Under the pieces are notes generated by a model. That model saw only the letters and a list, made by a program, of their open reading frames with translations, was not told the DNA's origin and made no database searches. From NCBI GenBank assembly GCA_951406725.2, contig OX597821.1, forward strand, positions 45,880,001-45,944,000: 64,000 bases of DNA, written 5' to 3'. Position 1 is the stretch's first letter. Every line of letters starts with the position of its first letter. Below, one piece after another: positions 15,062 through 32,019 of this stretch. The position numbers were made by a program, and so were the translations under genes. The stretch is from Octopus vulgaris (taxonomy: Eukaryota).

Positions 15062-15101
<40 letters not shown>

Positions 15102-15251
15102 TTATTCTATTTATATATATGTTCATCAAGTCATATATATATATATATTGCAAGGATGATCCGGTTCTTGACTGAAGAGTAGAGGCTTCTAATGAAGCCT
15201 CCGTTTTTTTCTATCGTCTATTTGGATATTTTGCGTTCTTGTCCTATTTTG

Positions 15252-15401
<150 letters not shown>

Positions 15402-15438
15402 ATATATATATGATATATATATATATATATATATAAAA

Positions 15439-15474
<36 letters not shown>

Positions 15475-15562
15475 TTTTGCCATTTTTTCTTTTTATTTGT
15501 TTCAGTCATTAGACTGCGATGCTCGTGCATCGCCTTTTTAGTCGAGCAAATCGACCCCAGGA

Positions 15563-15637
<75 letters not shown>

Positions 15638-15638
15638 T

Positions 15639-15698
<60 letters not shown>

Positions 15699-15706
15699 TA
15701 GATATA

Positions 15707-15789
<83 letters not shown>

Positions 15790-16190
15790 ATATATATATT
15801 TATATTTATATTTACATATACATATATGTATCTATATGTATAAATATATATATCAGAAAATTAAACCTTTGTTAGCATTTAACCAAATGCTTTGAATTCC
15901 ATATGAACTACGGGCTAGTACGGAAATATATATATATAGGTTTGTTTCATATTTTTTTTAGATTTATAAGTATTTTATATTTACTATTTATTTGTATTGT
16001 TATACTTTTAAAAAAATTCAACATCTTTAGATGATACAAATAAATTATTCATACAGCCATAATTTCTTCATTTTTTTTCATTCAATATTAATAATATGAA
16101 ATTCTACACTAATCCCTAAGATTTCGCAGAGACTTTCGCATTATATAATCTCTAATGTTGAACTAACTTCTTGGAATTGACTATATACAT

Positions 16191-16231
<41 letters not shown>

Positions 16232-16812
16232 CACACGCATTTGTATGAAAACGTATATACATATATTTATAACTATGTATAAATATATATATAAAAGGGT
16301 CCCGATAGAATAAGTGTCAGTCTTTAACAAAATTAGTACCAAGTCCTTTTCATCTATAAAAAATTCTACAAAGTTCTATACCATCATGTCTACAGTCTTA
16401 TGACTGGAAGAACTTGAAGATATGTGTGTGTATAAATACATACATACACTCAACACTTGCACACACACATATATATGCTTTTATATGTTGTATATATACA
16501 TACATATGCTTTTATATGTTGTATATATACAAACATATAGATATACTTTGGTGTCCAATTTTGGCTCGAGTCCATTTACATGTTGGCAGAACGGTTAGCA
16601 CAGCGGGTGAAATAGGGTTATTTCGTCTTCCATTACGTTCTGAGTTCTGCAGAGGTCAACTTTGCCGTTCATCCTTTCGAGGTCGATTAGATAGGTAACA
16701 TTTACACATTGGGGTCCATGTAATCGACTTAATCCCTTTGTCTGACCATGTTTGTCCCCTCTATGTTTGTCCCTTTATCCACTCTATTGCCCTGTGGGCA
16801 ATAGAGAAATAA

Positions 16813-16852
<40 letters not shown>

Positions 16853-16923
16853 TTCCTGAGCGTCCAATAACACTATACGTCCTCGCGTTGTTGTGTTTTC
16901 TCTTTGTGTTTTCATGTTTGGAT

Positions 16924-16968
<45 letters not shown>

Positions 16969-17372
16969 TTGTATAGAATATGAGGGGTTTAGTTCACTAG
17001 TGATCTAAACGAATAGTTACGTTGAGTAAGTGTTCATCCGTTAGGTTCCAAGTTCACAACTAAGCTTGGAGCTAGGGATCGGTATTATGCTTCCGAGATA
17101 GCAAGTATGTATTACATTAGAAAAAGTACAAGGACAAGGCAGGAGATACTTATGCAAGGCAGGACAAGTATCTCAAGTCATTTAGAATATTTAGGGTAAG
17201 GTGAATCTGAAGTCTTACAACTTTTTCTGGGATATTCAAATTGATAGGTAACCTGTCCGTATTCCATAACCAAAGACGAGTTGTCCCTTTTCTTTCTATT
17301 ATATGTTTATATATTTATATATGTGTGTGTGTGTATGTGTGTGTGTGTGTGTGTGTGTGTCTGTATGTATTT

Positions 17373-17895
17373 CGCAGGAGTGAGTGGGTGTGTGGTGAGA
17401 AAGCTTGCTTGCCAACCACATGGTTCCGGCTTCATTACCACCGCGTGGCACCTTGGGCAAGTGTCTTCTACTATAGCCTCGGGCCGACGAAAGCCTTGTG
17501 AGTGGATTTGGTAGACGGAAACTGAAAGAAGCTCCTCGTATATATTATATATATATGTATAATATATATATATATATATATATACATATATATCTTTAAA
17601 CGGCTGGAAGAATTGATAAAGTTTTGCATTGAAAATATAATAATCGATGGTAGTCAATTTGTTAGTTGGATTTTCTTCATTTTCTGCTTATATATATATA
17701 TCTGTGTTTGTACCCCCAACATCACTTGACAACCGATGCTTGCGTGTTTACGTCACCGTAACCTAGCGGTTGGGCAAAAAATGTTTAATAGAATAAGTAC
17801 TAGGCTTACAAAGAATGAGTCCTGGGGTCGATTTGCTCGACTAAAGGCGCTGCTCCAGCATGGCCGCAGTCAAATGACTAAAACAAAGAAAAGAA
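17373..17895 (+). mobile_element. SINE family A with expanded or interrupted internal microsatellite
   Basis: Head and body at 17373-17540, tail at 17705-17895. Confidence 0.8.
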
Positions 17896-17964
17896 TATAT
17901 AGTTTTATCTATCTATATATTGTATTTATATATTGATATATGCATGCTTAACTATCATTCTGTC

Positions 17965-18027
<63 letters not shown>

Positions 18028-18032
18028 ATGTA

Positions 18033-18119
<87 letters not shown>

Positions 18120-18121
18120 AT

Positions 18122-18616
<495 letters not shown>

Positions 18617-18678
18617 TATATTATATATATATATGAATAATTATATATACACATATAAATATTATATATATATATGAA

Positions 18679-18732
<54 letters not shown>

Positions 18733-18763
18733 TTTGTATACATAAATACATACATAAATATAT

Positions 18764-18802
<39 letters not shown>

Positions 18803-19765
18803 TATGAAAATTACATATATAAATTGTTTCGTATATTATATATATAACATATTAATCATATTTACATTAGATGTGTGTGTGTGTATAAATATATATATAT
18901 ATATGTAAACACGCAAAAAACACATGTATGTGTGTGCGTGTGTGTCTATGTGTGCTTGTGTGTGTAAATATACATGTACACGTTCAGACACACACATGTA
19001 TATAAAGGCGCAGACTATTATACATGTGTCTATATGTGGAAGATTAGAACTATGGCTTCCTAAGTACATGTTCCTGGGTTCAATACCACTCTCGTGGTAT
19101 CTAGTGTTTGTGACTATTTCTATAGCCTCGGGTAGATGGATGCTTTACGTATGGATGTACTTTACGGAAGCTGGGGTGTGTCTGTAGTTTGTGTGTTGTA
19201 TGAGTGTGCATAGACACAGAAACGCGTATTATACCTCCCCCTCACACACATATACTCTCCCCCCCCACACACACACAAACATACATCAAGTAAATATGTT
19301 CTCGGTAATTTTTAGTACTTATACTCATCTCATGGAAACTGGCACATGTATATTGCTAGTAATTTTCAACTTACCTCTATTGCAATCCTTGAGAGGTGAA
19401 ACACTTGGGTACCACTGAGATAACATTTTACGAGGTCTGTCATACACTAAAGAAGTTCTAATTTCTGATATATAAATATATATATATATATATATAATGC
19501 TTATATAATTATGTACTTAATATATACACTAATATACATATACATGTATATATGTGTGTGTATGTGTGTATATGTATATATATATTTTATACACATATGC
19601 ATATATATGTACATATTTATATATATATATATGCATATATATGTATATAATTATATATATGCATATATATGGACATACTTTTATATATACACATATATGT
19701 ATATATTTATATATATATATATACATGTGTACATATTTATATATATGTACATATGTATATATATA

Positions 19766-19825
<60 letters not shown>

Positions 19826-19976
19826 TATATGTGTATGTATGTATGTCCTTTTGAACTCCCCGTCTTTCTTTTGGACTTTTTTAAGTCTTCTGTTTACGAA
19901 GACGGACCTTGCTCGAAACGTAAAACCACTCTTTCTTTCATTCTTTGACGGTTTCCTTAATAATTGTCCGTACAAG

Positions 19977-20099
<123 letters not shown>

Positions 20100-20139
20100 T
20101 ATAAATATATATATATATGTATATTACATATGTATATTG

Positions 20140-20226
<87 letters not shown>

Positions 20227-20262
20227 ATACTGATATATTATACATGTTTATTTATTAAATGG

Positions 20263-20413
20263 AGTTTCCAGATCAAAGTAGCAGGTGAATGTCACTACTA
20301 CTTTAACTCCAGGTAAATTCTCCGCTAACGTTGCAACGAAAACCAGGTGGTGGAGAATCTCCTTGGGCTTAAACTAGTAGTAATATTCACCTGCTACTTT
20401 GATGTGGCAATTC
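20263..20413. repeat. Fold-back / MITE-like inverted repeat
   Basis: atcaaagtagcaggtgaat (20272-20290) is the exact reverse complement of attcacctgctactttgat (20385-20403), and pairing extends inward. Confidence 0.75.
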
Positions 20414-20846
20414 GATTTACTGTTCAGTACACGTTACTACTCTATCTCGTCCTGAGATTTTATAACTTGTTACCTTGCTTATATTTATTCATATATACAT
20501 ACATGCATTCATATATATACATACATACATACATACATACATATATGTGTGTGTGTGTGTACTTAAAAGTATTCTTAATTCCTTAGGGAATTAAGCACAA
20601 TATGTTGGAGTTGTCTAACTACATACAGTTGTGGTTTTATATATACGTTCGTAATGTATAGTAATATAGTGCTTATAGTAATATAGTGCTTATAGTAATA
20701 TAAGCACCAGGCTTTAGAAAATAAGTGCATGGCTCGATTTGTTCGACTAAAACTTTTAAGGCATTATCGCAGCATGGTAAATAGTCCAAGGAATAAAACA
20801 AAAAAATGTATATATATATGTATATATGTATTAATAAATATGTATA

Positions 20847-20909
<63 letters not shown>

Positions 20910-21100
20910 ATGAAAATGGTAAAACAACAAAAGAAAGAAAAAGACATCGATATTATGTAAAATAGAGGAATTTATTTGTAAATGTAATATGTGACAATTA
21001 TTCGGTAGCCATGATAGAACTCCGAGATGGCGCGTTTGTTTCCACCTCGGCATCCGAAACTCAGAGTTTTATCATGGCTACCGAATAATTGTCACGTCAC

Positions 21101-21146
<46 letters not shown>

Positions 21147-22475
21147 TGTATTTGTGCATGTGTATACTATTATATATGTGCGTGTATGTATATTTTTGTG
21201 TTTGTGTATATGCGTTTACATATGATTATATATATATATACATTTTTTTTCTTTTATTCCTTGGACTATTACCATGCTGCGATAATGCCTTAAAAGTTTT
21301 AGTCGAACAAATCGAGCCATGCACTTATCTTTTAAAGCATGGTGCTTATTCTATCAATGTTTGCCTAATCACAATGCTGTAGGGGTTCTGGTTTTCAAGC
21401 GATGTTAGGAAAATACACAAACACTAAGACTCATACATGCATACAAACATACATACATACATACATACATACATTGCATATACGATCAGTCCTCGTGTGT
21501 TTGTATATATATATATATATATATATACATACATACATACATGCATATATATATATATACACACACGCATACATATTTATAATAAGCAGTAAGCAGTTTA
21601 TTCTGCGTCTATTGTTGAAAAGGAAATATTTATAACATAGTGTAACCATTGTACATACGCACAAACAAATGCTTTTATAATTAATTTCCGTTTATCTCTT
21701 AAAGCAACAGTCCATTATGAAATATTGAAATGTTTTGTCGCACCTCTGCGTGCTGATCACCGATGAATTTCCAACTAAACGCTGAATGAAATCTTATCAA
21801 TGACGAATGTCGTAGAATGGCATCGAAATTTTGTTCATTTTGTTAAAAATATTCAAAAATGTAATCGACGTGTTTCTATCAGGTTGTAATAATAGACTGG
21901 CAATTACAGGAGTTTGAATAGATAACCTAATATAATTTTCCATATACTAAAATATTTCTAAAATATACTAAAATATTTCACCGAAAGTGCGATCAAGTTT
22001 ACCTTTATAATAGATGCTGCATTTGAAATGGAATATTTACTTTCCGTATTTGCTTACATACGGACCTTACTTGATTATGCATAGGTGTCATGTTTACTAT
22101 AGAAACCATATATGGGTTAATGTTAGTAGCTTTGAATTATAGTAATGCCGTAGAATAATAAGTTAAGTAAAACACAAGTATTGAATGGAAGGAATTCAGT
22201 CTGTTAATCTTACTGTAACATTTATGTTGTTCTTAAGAGTAGGTAATGTCACTTTATCCATTTTTGTATCTAAATATATATGCATTTATGTATTGTTTCA
22301 TATGATTACTGGCTCGTGGATGTCTTTACAAAAACGTTAATTGAATACAAATATTGCTTACCATTCAGGACCTAGGAATTTTTATATACAGAGAGAGACA
22401 ATTGTGTGTATTTGTTATGCATACTTGTATGCGTGTGTGTGTGTGCTTATTCATACACACTCATTCTTTCTCCCG

Positions 22476-22541
<66 letters not shown>

Positions 22542-23012
22542 TAAATTTATACAAACATATATAAATTTATACGCATATACTCACACACACATATATAATA
22601 TGCACATGCATATATATAATATGTGGTATATACGTAACACCCACTCATTCACCACACAAACACACATATATATGTATATGTATATGTATATTAGTGTTTA
22701 TATGAAGTTTCTCACACAAATTAGCAGGTTTAAATCTTTGTTTTCAGTAATAAATTACAAAGTGTAACTTTTCTGTTCAATCACTTATCATTACATTTTA
22801 CACTCACCTATCTCCTTTTGGTTCCCAATGTCGCATATACAAACTGCCCCATAATATATTCCCATGTTAATAAGACTTTCATCTATGTGTTGGTGTTAAC
22901 GCTAGAACAGATGGCTATGATGTAGAGGCAACTTCGAAATAATTTTAGCTTAAGGAAATGTCTGCGTGAGTGGGTGCATAATTGCATACATCAGATACAT
23001 ATTCATACGATC

Positions 23013-23043
<31 letters not shown>

Positions 23044-23117
23044 GTTAATCCAAACAAGAAAACACAAAAAAAACACAACAACGCGAGGACGTGGAACAAA
23101 TAAAGTATTATTGGACG

Positions 23118-23165
<48 letters not shown>

Positions 23166-23639
23166 GGTATGTAGAAAAATACAACATGGACAAGAACGTA
23201 TAACTCAAGAAGACGATACAATAAACACGGACAGGACATTCGAAACCCTCAGTCTTCAGTCAAGAACCGGATCATCGTAGTAATTTCGGCTGATTAATCT
23301 TGAGATTACTAGATCACGGCCAGCCCTCCAAGAAAAACTAAGCAACGAGCATTAGAAAAACTAAGCTGGGAGCGTAGATTTCCTGGAAGAAGGATCGAAT
23401 GCATACGGACACCAGGACAGCAAAAGGGACGAATATAAAAAGACAAAAAAATAAAGGAATACAGAAACATGAAATACAGAAGCATTAACGGTGAAAACAA
23501 CAACAAGTGTCTTACGACTGATAACAAGCAAACAAATTTTTTCTCTGGCACAAGGAAAGGAGCCTTATCGGCGATGCCTATAGCGGCGGACGAAAAACAA
23601 CGATATATATATATATATGTATAGTATATATATATATAC

Positions 23640-23870
23640 TCATAGAAATGGTAAGACAACAAAAGAATGAAAGAGATCTCGATAATATGTAAATAGAGGA
23701 ATTTATCTGTAAAAGTAATATGTGACAATTATTCGGTAGCGATGATAGAACCCCGAGTTTCGAATGTCGGGGTGGAATTCCACGTAGCCATCTCTTCAGT
23801 TATCCGGCCATCGGAAAAAAAGATTTTTTTTATCATGGCTACCGTATAATTGTCACATATTACTTTTACA
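23640..23870 (-). repeat. Fold-back repeat with a hammerhead-like motif between its arms (family also at 20908-21095 and 32530-32690)
   Basis: Arms aatatgtgacaattattcggtagcgatgata / tatcatggctaccgtataattgtcacatatt. The minus-strand loop reads GAUAA-CUGAAGA-GAUG...CAUUC-GAAAC-UCGGG-GUU-CUAUC. Confidence 0.6.
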
Positions 23871-23871
23871 G

Positions 23872-23915
<44 letters not shown>

Positions 23916-23947
23916 ACATATATATATTATGTATATATCAATCATAA

Positions 23948-24364
23948 GCGCAGGCGTGGCTGTGTGGTAAGAAGATTGCTTTCCAACCACATGGATCCAG
24001 GTTCAGTCCCTCCGCATGGCACTTTGGGCAAGTATCTTCTACTATAGCCTCGGGCCGACCAAAGCCTTGTGTGTAGATATGGTAGACGGAAACTGAAAGA
24101 AGCATGTCGTATATATGTGTGTGTGTGTGTGTGCGTGAGCGTGCGTATGTGTATTTGTGCGTGTGTATGTGTCTGTCCTCCCACCATCACTTGACAACCG
24201 GTGTTACTGTATTTACGTCTCCATAACTTAGCGTTTCGGCAAGACAGACTGATAGAATAAGTACTAGACTTATAAAGAATAAGTCCTGGGGTCGATTTGT
24301 TCGACTACGTGAAGGGCTTCAGCATAGCCGTCGTCAAATGTCTGAAACAAGCAAAAGAATAAAA
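23948..24364 (+). mobile_element. SINE family A, full length
   Basis: gcgcaggcgtggctgtgtggtaagaag...ggttcagtccc...ctgaaacaagcaaaagaataaaa. Confidence 0.9.
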
Positions 24365-25496
24365 TGATGTATCGTATATATAAATATACAAATACATTAT
24401 TATTAATACTAAATAATATTAGTGGTTGTCCAAAGTATGAACCGTACAGGCAAGCTTAAAAACATAGATATAATATATACATAATATATATGACATTTAA
24501 TCTCTCTCTCTCTCAATCTATCTATCTATCTAACTCTTTATATATATATATTTTATATACATAATATATATGATATAACATATATATGATATATATGTAT
24601 GATATATATATGATAATATGATATAATATATATATATATACACGCACACACTTACGTTTAAATAGACATAGTGTAAATAAACTAATTATAACATTTCTAA
24701 CTTAAAATATAAAAGTTCAATGAGATACTACGAAAAATTAAGAATACATGAAATATATTTCTCAACAGCAGATTCTGAGTGTAAATTCCGCCGAGGTCCA
24801 CTTTCATCCTTTCGGGGTTGATAAAATAAATACCAGCTTAGAACTTTGTTCTATGTAATCAACTTACACTCTTCTCACTAAGTCGCTGGCCTTGTGCCAA
24901 AATTTGAAATCAGTATTTCTCAGCATATAAGGCACTACTTTCAAAACAAAATTTACAAACATGCTAAGTTCGAATAGCAATTTTCAATAAAATACATTAA
25001 ACCCGAAAGAGTATTAGAATTTCTACAGTAAGCAGCGTCCAAAGTATGCTACACGTTCAAATATATCAAGCGGTGCAGAAACAGGGACCTTGTTAAACAC
25101 ATCAGGGGTTGCATTCACCTATACCATTGATTCGATATTTTTCTCATCCCAAATTAAATATGTGTATATAACCATACAAAAATACACATACGCATATACA
25201 TATACATATACATACATACCTACATACATCATATATATATATATATATATAAATTAATAAATAAAACATATGCATATATACATACATATATGTACGTACT
25301 TACCTCTACATGTATATATACATGCATATATGGATACAGGACACCAAAAAAAACGTCGAACACAATGAGAGACGAAAACATAAACACAAAACCAAGGAAC
25401 TGGACATTTTTCTTAAACAACGAAAAAATAGAGAACAGGACAAATAACACAAGGAAAATTCCCCTTCTTCAGTCGCCATGGTTTTATCTACTCTGC

Positions 25497-25597
<101 letters not shown>

Positions 25598-26313
25598 ATT
25601 GCGGAATTCCTGAAGCAGATCCAACGGAAATAAGCACCAACTGCGAATAACATCAGGTAGCTCAAACCGTACTAGTGTTTTCCTCAACACATCAACTGCT
25701 TGTTGACATATACCCATTAGTCCCAAAAAATTACACACACACACAAATATATATGTGGTGGGGGGAGAGAAAAAGAGAGATAACTAAGATAATCGCGACC
25801 ATAGACTTCTTAGACTATATCAAACACCGTGTGATCTACACGACGGGCAATTTGGACTACCCCTAGGCACTAAATACTCGTATCGGTGGATTTTCTCTGT
25901 GTGCACAGCCCAAATATCTCACTGGATCATTTCAGCACCCAGTATATGGATCCGATTAATGGTGCTGCTTACAAGTTAAATCAACCCTACCTGGTGCGTA
26001 CCATTTGAATACCTGAATCTCACCAGGATCTTTCAGTTTCCGCGTGCACATGTGTATAAGTATACGGTATGAATTAAACATTTTCGCGGTCTTACTGTAA
26101 TAACATCTATCATATCAAACTTCGTCCTTATGACGTTATAACGTCGAATATATTTTACCAATCTCCATTCAGTGTACCAAAGATTAGGACACATAAAAAG
26201 AGAGATTCTGTTTTGTCAATTAGTTTGAGATCAAAGATTGACGTAGAGACAAACGCCCACGCATGAACAAGCATATAAACGTACATACTTATAGCCACTC
26301 GCATAAGTGTATG

Positions 26314-26364
<51 letters not shown>

Positions 26365-26662
26365 TAAACAGTAAAAATAATTACAGACATGGACAAGAAC
26401 ATGAAACGCCACAGAGACGACACAAGAACCACAGGACGGGACATTCGAAGCCCTCAGTCATCAGTCAAGAACCAGATCATCTTAGCAATTTCGGCTGATT
26501 AATCTTGAGATTGCTCCGATATGGCCAGCCCGCCACGGGAAATCTAAGCCAAGTGCATTAGATCCCCTGGAAGAAAGCTTCGAATGTATACAACACGAGG
26601 ACGGAAAACGAACGAAGTACACGAACAAAAATACATACCTTTATTTATATAAATATATGTAT

Positions 26663-26698
<36 letters not shown>

Positions 26699-26784
26699 AT
26701 TCGAGATGTTAATTTTTCCTTGTAAACACAAGCACTATATATTCGTTCTTCACGGAGTAAGAGTATACACGAAGACGGAAAGTG

Positions 26785-26824
26785 TCGCTGAAGAGGTCCC
26801 AGATGTGTGACGAAAGATTTCCGG
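26785..26824 (+). ncRNA. Hammerhead ribozyme-like motif
   Basis: UCG-CUGAAGA-G-GUC-(ccagaugugu)-GAC-GAAA-GAUU-UC-CGG. The core is canonical, stem I is short and stem III is weak. Confidence 0.4.
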
Positions 26825-26920
26825 ATAATGGACATGAGTTAAAATAAGAACAGTAATAAACGAATGAAAATTATATAGTGCGTATGTATATTTGGCGAAA
26901 AAAGATGACAGTCCCGAAAT

Positions 26921-26959
<39 letters not shown>

Positions 26960-27039
26960 CATACATAGACGTATGAATATATAAATGTATGTATATATAT
27001 AGATATATCTATGTATGTATACGTATGTATATATGTATG

Positions 27040-27071
<32 letters not shown>

Positions 27072-27294
27072 CGTATATATATATTTATGTATATATATAT
27101 ATATATATGTATGTATATATGTATGTATATATATATATAGATACATATACATATATATATAATTGTATATATGTATATATATGTACGTATGTATATATAT
27201 ATGTGCATGTATGTATATATATACATGTATGTGTATGTATATATATATATATAATATATATGTATATATAAATTATGTATATATATATATAATT

Positions 27295-27326
<32 letters not shown>

Positions 27327-27390
27327 CATACACATACATGTGTATGTATATGTATATGCATGTATGTGAGTGGATATCCATGCATATTTG

Positions 27391-27600
27391 TACGAGGGGG
27401 TGGGGGAACGATAAGTGCCTGTCTTTAAGTGTGTCACGAAAGGCCTGGTTGGAGGTTCAACCTTTTAAAGAGCTTAGAAAAATTGAAGGGCCGCTGCAAT
27501 AAGTGTGTGAATTTAGAGGGGAATATGTTGAACAAAATCATTATTGATCCTTCTGTAATTTCTTATACTCAAAGCTAGGAAATTTTGCGCACTCTGTTGT
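27391..27600 (+). mobile_element. Mariner-derived miniature element
   Basis: Starts tacgaggggg (mariner TIR start) and retains the transposase C-terminus tgtgtgaatttagagggggaatatgttgaa-like (CVNLEGEYVE). Confidence 0.6.
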
Positions 27601-27671
27601 ATGTTTGTATGCATGTAAGTATGTATTTGTGTATGCATGTATGTATATATGTATATATGTGTGTATGTACA

Positions 27672-27786
<115 letters not shown>

Positions 27787-27931
27787 AGATACTGAAACTA
27801 ACGGGAAAAAGAAACTTGTCGCGGAATATGTTAAATTGTCAACGAGTTGGAAATTTATGATATTACATTTTACTAAAACGTAATACCATAATTTCTACTC
27901 TTTGACTATAGATGTTTGTCTCTGTAAGTGA

Positions 27932-27987
<56 letters not shown>

Positions 27988-27991
27988 TATA

Positions 27992-28045
<54 letters not shown>

Positions 28046-28238
28046 CATACATACATATATAGATAGATAGATACATAGATAAATAGATTGAGAGAGAAAG
28101 CTCCTTGGCACACAGCCACATCTGATATATGTATGTGTGTGTGTGCGTGTGTGAGATATATGTTTGTATATATAGATAAAGCGCTAATAATAATGAAGAA
28201 ATAAAAGGACTTTTTCCCAAAATTCTGACGACTTTTTG

Positions 28239-28272
<34 letters not shown>

Positions 28273-28300
28273 CAAACGTACACACACACACATATTTTCA

Positions 28301-28434
28301 ATTTACTTACTTCGAAATTCACCGTTTCCAACAACAGTTTACTTATATATAAGTGTCGTTCTGAATTTAGAATCTTCGTGACCACGATATAAGTCAACTC
28401 TTGTTGGGAGACGTGAATCTCGAAGTAAATAAAT
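28301..28434. repeat. Fold-back repeat
   Basis: atttacttacttcgaaattcaccgtttccaacaa / ttgttgggagacgtgaatctcgaagtaaataaat inverted arms. Confidence 0.65.
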
Positions 28435-28749
28435 CTATGACTAATAGTGTGGATATATTGAGTTAAAACTCTTATGTAAAATATGTAAATACAAGGCTAC
28501 TCTTGAGCCCAATATGCAATACTTGTCGGTTAGAATTAAGTTTCTCAAATGAATGAAGAAATCCGAAATATTTCGTTGATCCAATGATTGAACGGACATT
28601 ACTTTTACAAAAGATGTGGGTTCGCTTTCACGAACACTCTTCGTCTCTTTCTCCTCAAAGTGTGCTTTTAATCTAATTTCAAATTGTCGTATTTACACCT
28701 TCATTCATTTTGATATATATATATATATGTATATATATATCTATATCTA

Positions 28750-28873
<124 letters not shown>

Positions 28874-29177
28874 GTTGCTTAGCCATATACCGAAAAAAAT
28901 TAGAAATAGCAGTCAAAGACTGTTCATTTCTATTTTCTACAAATGAGACTCTACATACGACATATCCCTGTAATTCACACTTTGTTATCGTTATTTCTTC
29001 CTTCTGTTTTGCATACGTGAATTACAGGGATATGTCGTATGCCTCTTTTATTTATATATAATATATATATTGAACTTTTATAGAAGTTCCTACCGTTAAT
29101 GGTTATATTTACATGCCGAAACCTACCAGTAAATAATTGTTGGCTTTTTTTAAAAACCATTAAAGATATTATTTACT

Positions 29178-29211
<34 letters not shown>

Positions 29212-29408
29212 ACCGCGTGTGTACCGTTGGCGATTTTTTTCCCTCTGTCTTCTCTTCTCTGGATCTTTCCTTTCTCCTATGTTTCCGATGAAGAGCTCGA
29301 AACGTTAAACCCTCCTTCTTTCCTTCTTTCTTGAGCGTCCAATAATACTACATTTGTTCCACGTCCTCGCGTTGTTGTGTTCTTTTGTGCCTTCTTGTTT
29401 GGATTAAC

Positions 29409-29513
<105 letters not shown>

Positions 29514-29993
29514 TAGGAGTGCGTCAGAAAGAGAGAGAGTGTGTGTGATAAATTGTTTTACAGGCATATAAATTATATACGATGGCATGTGGATAAAATG
29601 CTCGGTTTACAACTACGCGAGTTCAGGTTCACTTCTACTGCATGGTGTCTTGTGCAAACCTTCGAGGCGGACCCATGTCCTGTGAATGAATCTAGTTTAC
29701 AGAAATTGCGTTTAAGCCCATTTAATATTTGTGTGCGTGTCTGTCCCACACACAGCATGACAGCAGATGTTGCTGGTTTGTTTACGTCCCCGTAGCATTA
29801 TCGTTCAACTAAGGACACCTATAGAACAACTGTTAGTTATATATAAATATGTCCTACTGTCGATTTCCGGTTAAGCCATTAAAGCTGTGATTCAGCTTGG
29901 CTGCAGTCAGATAACTGAAGCAAGTTAAAGATACAAGATATATAAAATTCATATACATACATACATACATACATACATACATACATACATACA

Positions 29994-30027
<34 letters not shown>

Positions 30028-30032
30028 CATAT

Positions 30033-30075
<43 letters not shown>

Positions 30076-30954
30076 TGGTTTCAATATACAACATCCAAAT
30101 ATGTTTGTATGTGTTGTTTCAATGTTTAATAAGTTTGAGTACATGTGTCTGGGATTGTTGCTTCTCTTTCATATTCTTCGAAATCGTTTGGTAAAACGGC
30201 TTAAATTACATAATCCTGCCTCGTCGTAAAAGCATCAGATGAAAGAGAATACCAGTAAACAAATGGAAATTAAATTTTTCATACATTTCAAGTGTACATT
30301 TATAATTCACTACCTAAAGAAATCATTTCACTGAAAAGTCAGTATTTTGAAATTTGTTTATGAATTTTCTATTAAAATTTAGTGCTACATTTCGAAAAAA
30401 TATGGTAAGATAAAGTGATTATTGTCTAAGAGTGCTACGAGCGGACATACATAATGTGTGTGCGCGCGCGCGCGCGCGTGTGTGTGTGTCTGTCTGTCTG
30501 TCTATCTGTCTGTCTGTTTAGAGGTAAGTATGTATGTATATAGAAGAGAACATCTTTGATGAGGTCTGAAAGAGTAAGAATTACGTAAATTTTCCCTTGG
30601 AAGTTTCGCACGAAATTATGTTGGGAGGAGAGTTTATACAGAGGTAATTACATCTGGTCCTTAACGATATCTTAAAATGCTTTCTCGGCCCGGAGCAATT
30701 TTACAAAGCACTCACCTGAGGACTGAACCTAAGACTATGGAAATGGAAAGCTCAATTTTGAGCACAAACACATGCAAAAAGACACATACACACACAAACA
30801 AACAACACACACATACACATACACACTCACACACATATATATTGTATGTATGTATATTTATATTTATATATGTATACATAAAATATAAGTGTACAAAAGT
30901 ACATGCGTATATACATGTGTGTGTATATATAGACATATGAAATATGTACGTATG

Positions 30955-30990
<36 letters not shown>

Positions 30991-31389
30991 CATAAATATT
31001 CATATATATGTATATAGATATAGAGAACATATAAATAATGACATTATATATTCGTATATTCCCTTTACACACATATATGCATATTAATGTATATATATAT
31101 CTATCTATCTATATATATATACATATATATGTATGCATGTATATATATATATGTATGTATATATATATACATGTATCTATATATATGTATGTATACATGC
31201 ATATATATATATGTATGTAAAAGTGAATATATCTATGCACCATTGGTTATTGGTTTCTATACATCAAACTTCATTAGCTTACAGCTGATTCTGGATTAAT
31301 ACCGGTGGGAAAATGTGATAGGTAGAAAGGCACAAAATCCGATACAAACATACAAACATACATACATACATACATACATATACATATAG

Positions 31390-31432
<43 letters not shown>

Positions 31433-31699
31433 TATATGCATAGAGAGAGAGAGGAGAGAGATCGGTAGATGCAGACAGACAGATAGATACATACATACAT
31501 ACATACATACATACATACATACATACATACATACATGCATACATACACGCCAACATTTATACGAATACATTCACACAAATACAGACATATGTACGTGAAT
31601 ATCTGTGTCTATCTATCTGTCTATCGATTTCGACCGAAGCCTTATATGTGGATTTGGTAGACGGAAACTGATAGAAATCCGTCGTATATACATACATAC

Positions 31700-31779
<80 letters not shown>

Positions 31780-31804
31780 GTATATATATATATGTATATG
31801 GATA

Positions 31805-31865
<61 letters not shown>

Positions 31866-31957
31866 TATAAATATATATATATGTTTGTTTATTTACTTAC
31901 AAGGTGAGTAAAAGTCTATACGTATATATAAATTCAAAAAATGGAACTATGTCGATG

Positions 31958-32019
<62 letters not shown>

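Noticed and set aside
23230-23270. CUGAAGA/CUGAUGA motifs in the family at 15150, 23165 and 26380, and at 5023, 9330 and 25465
   Set aside because: Only half of the hammerhead core is present or no convincing stems could be drawn, so they were not called.
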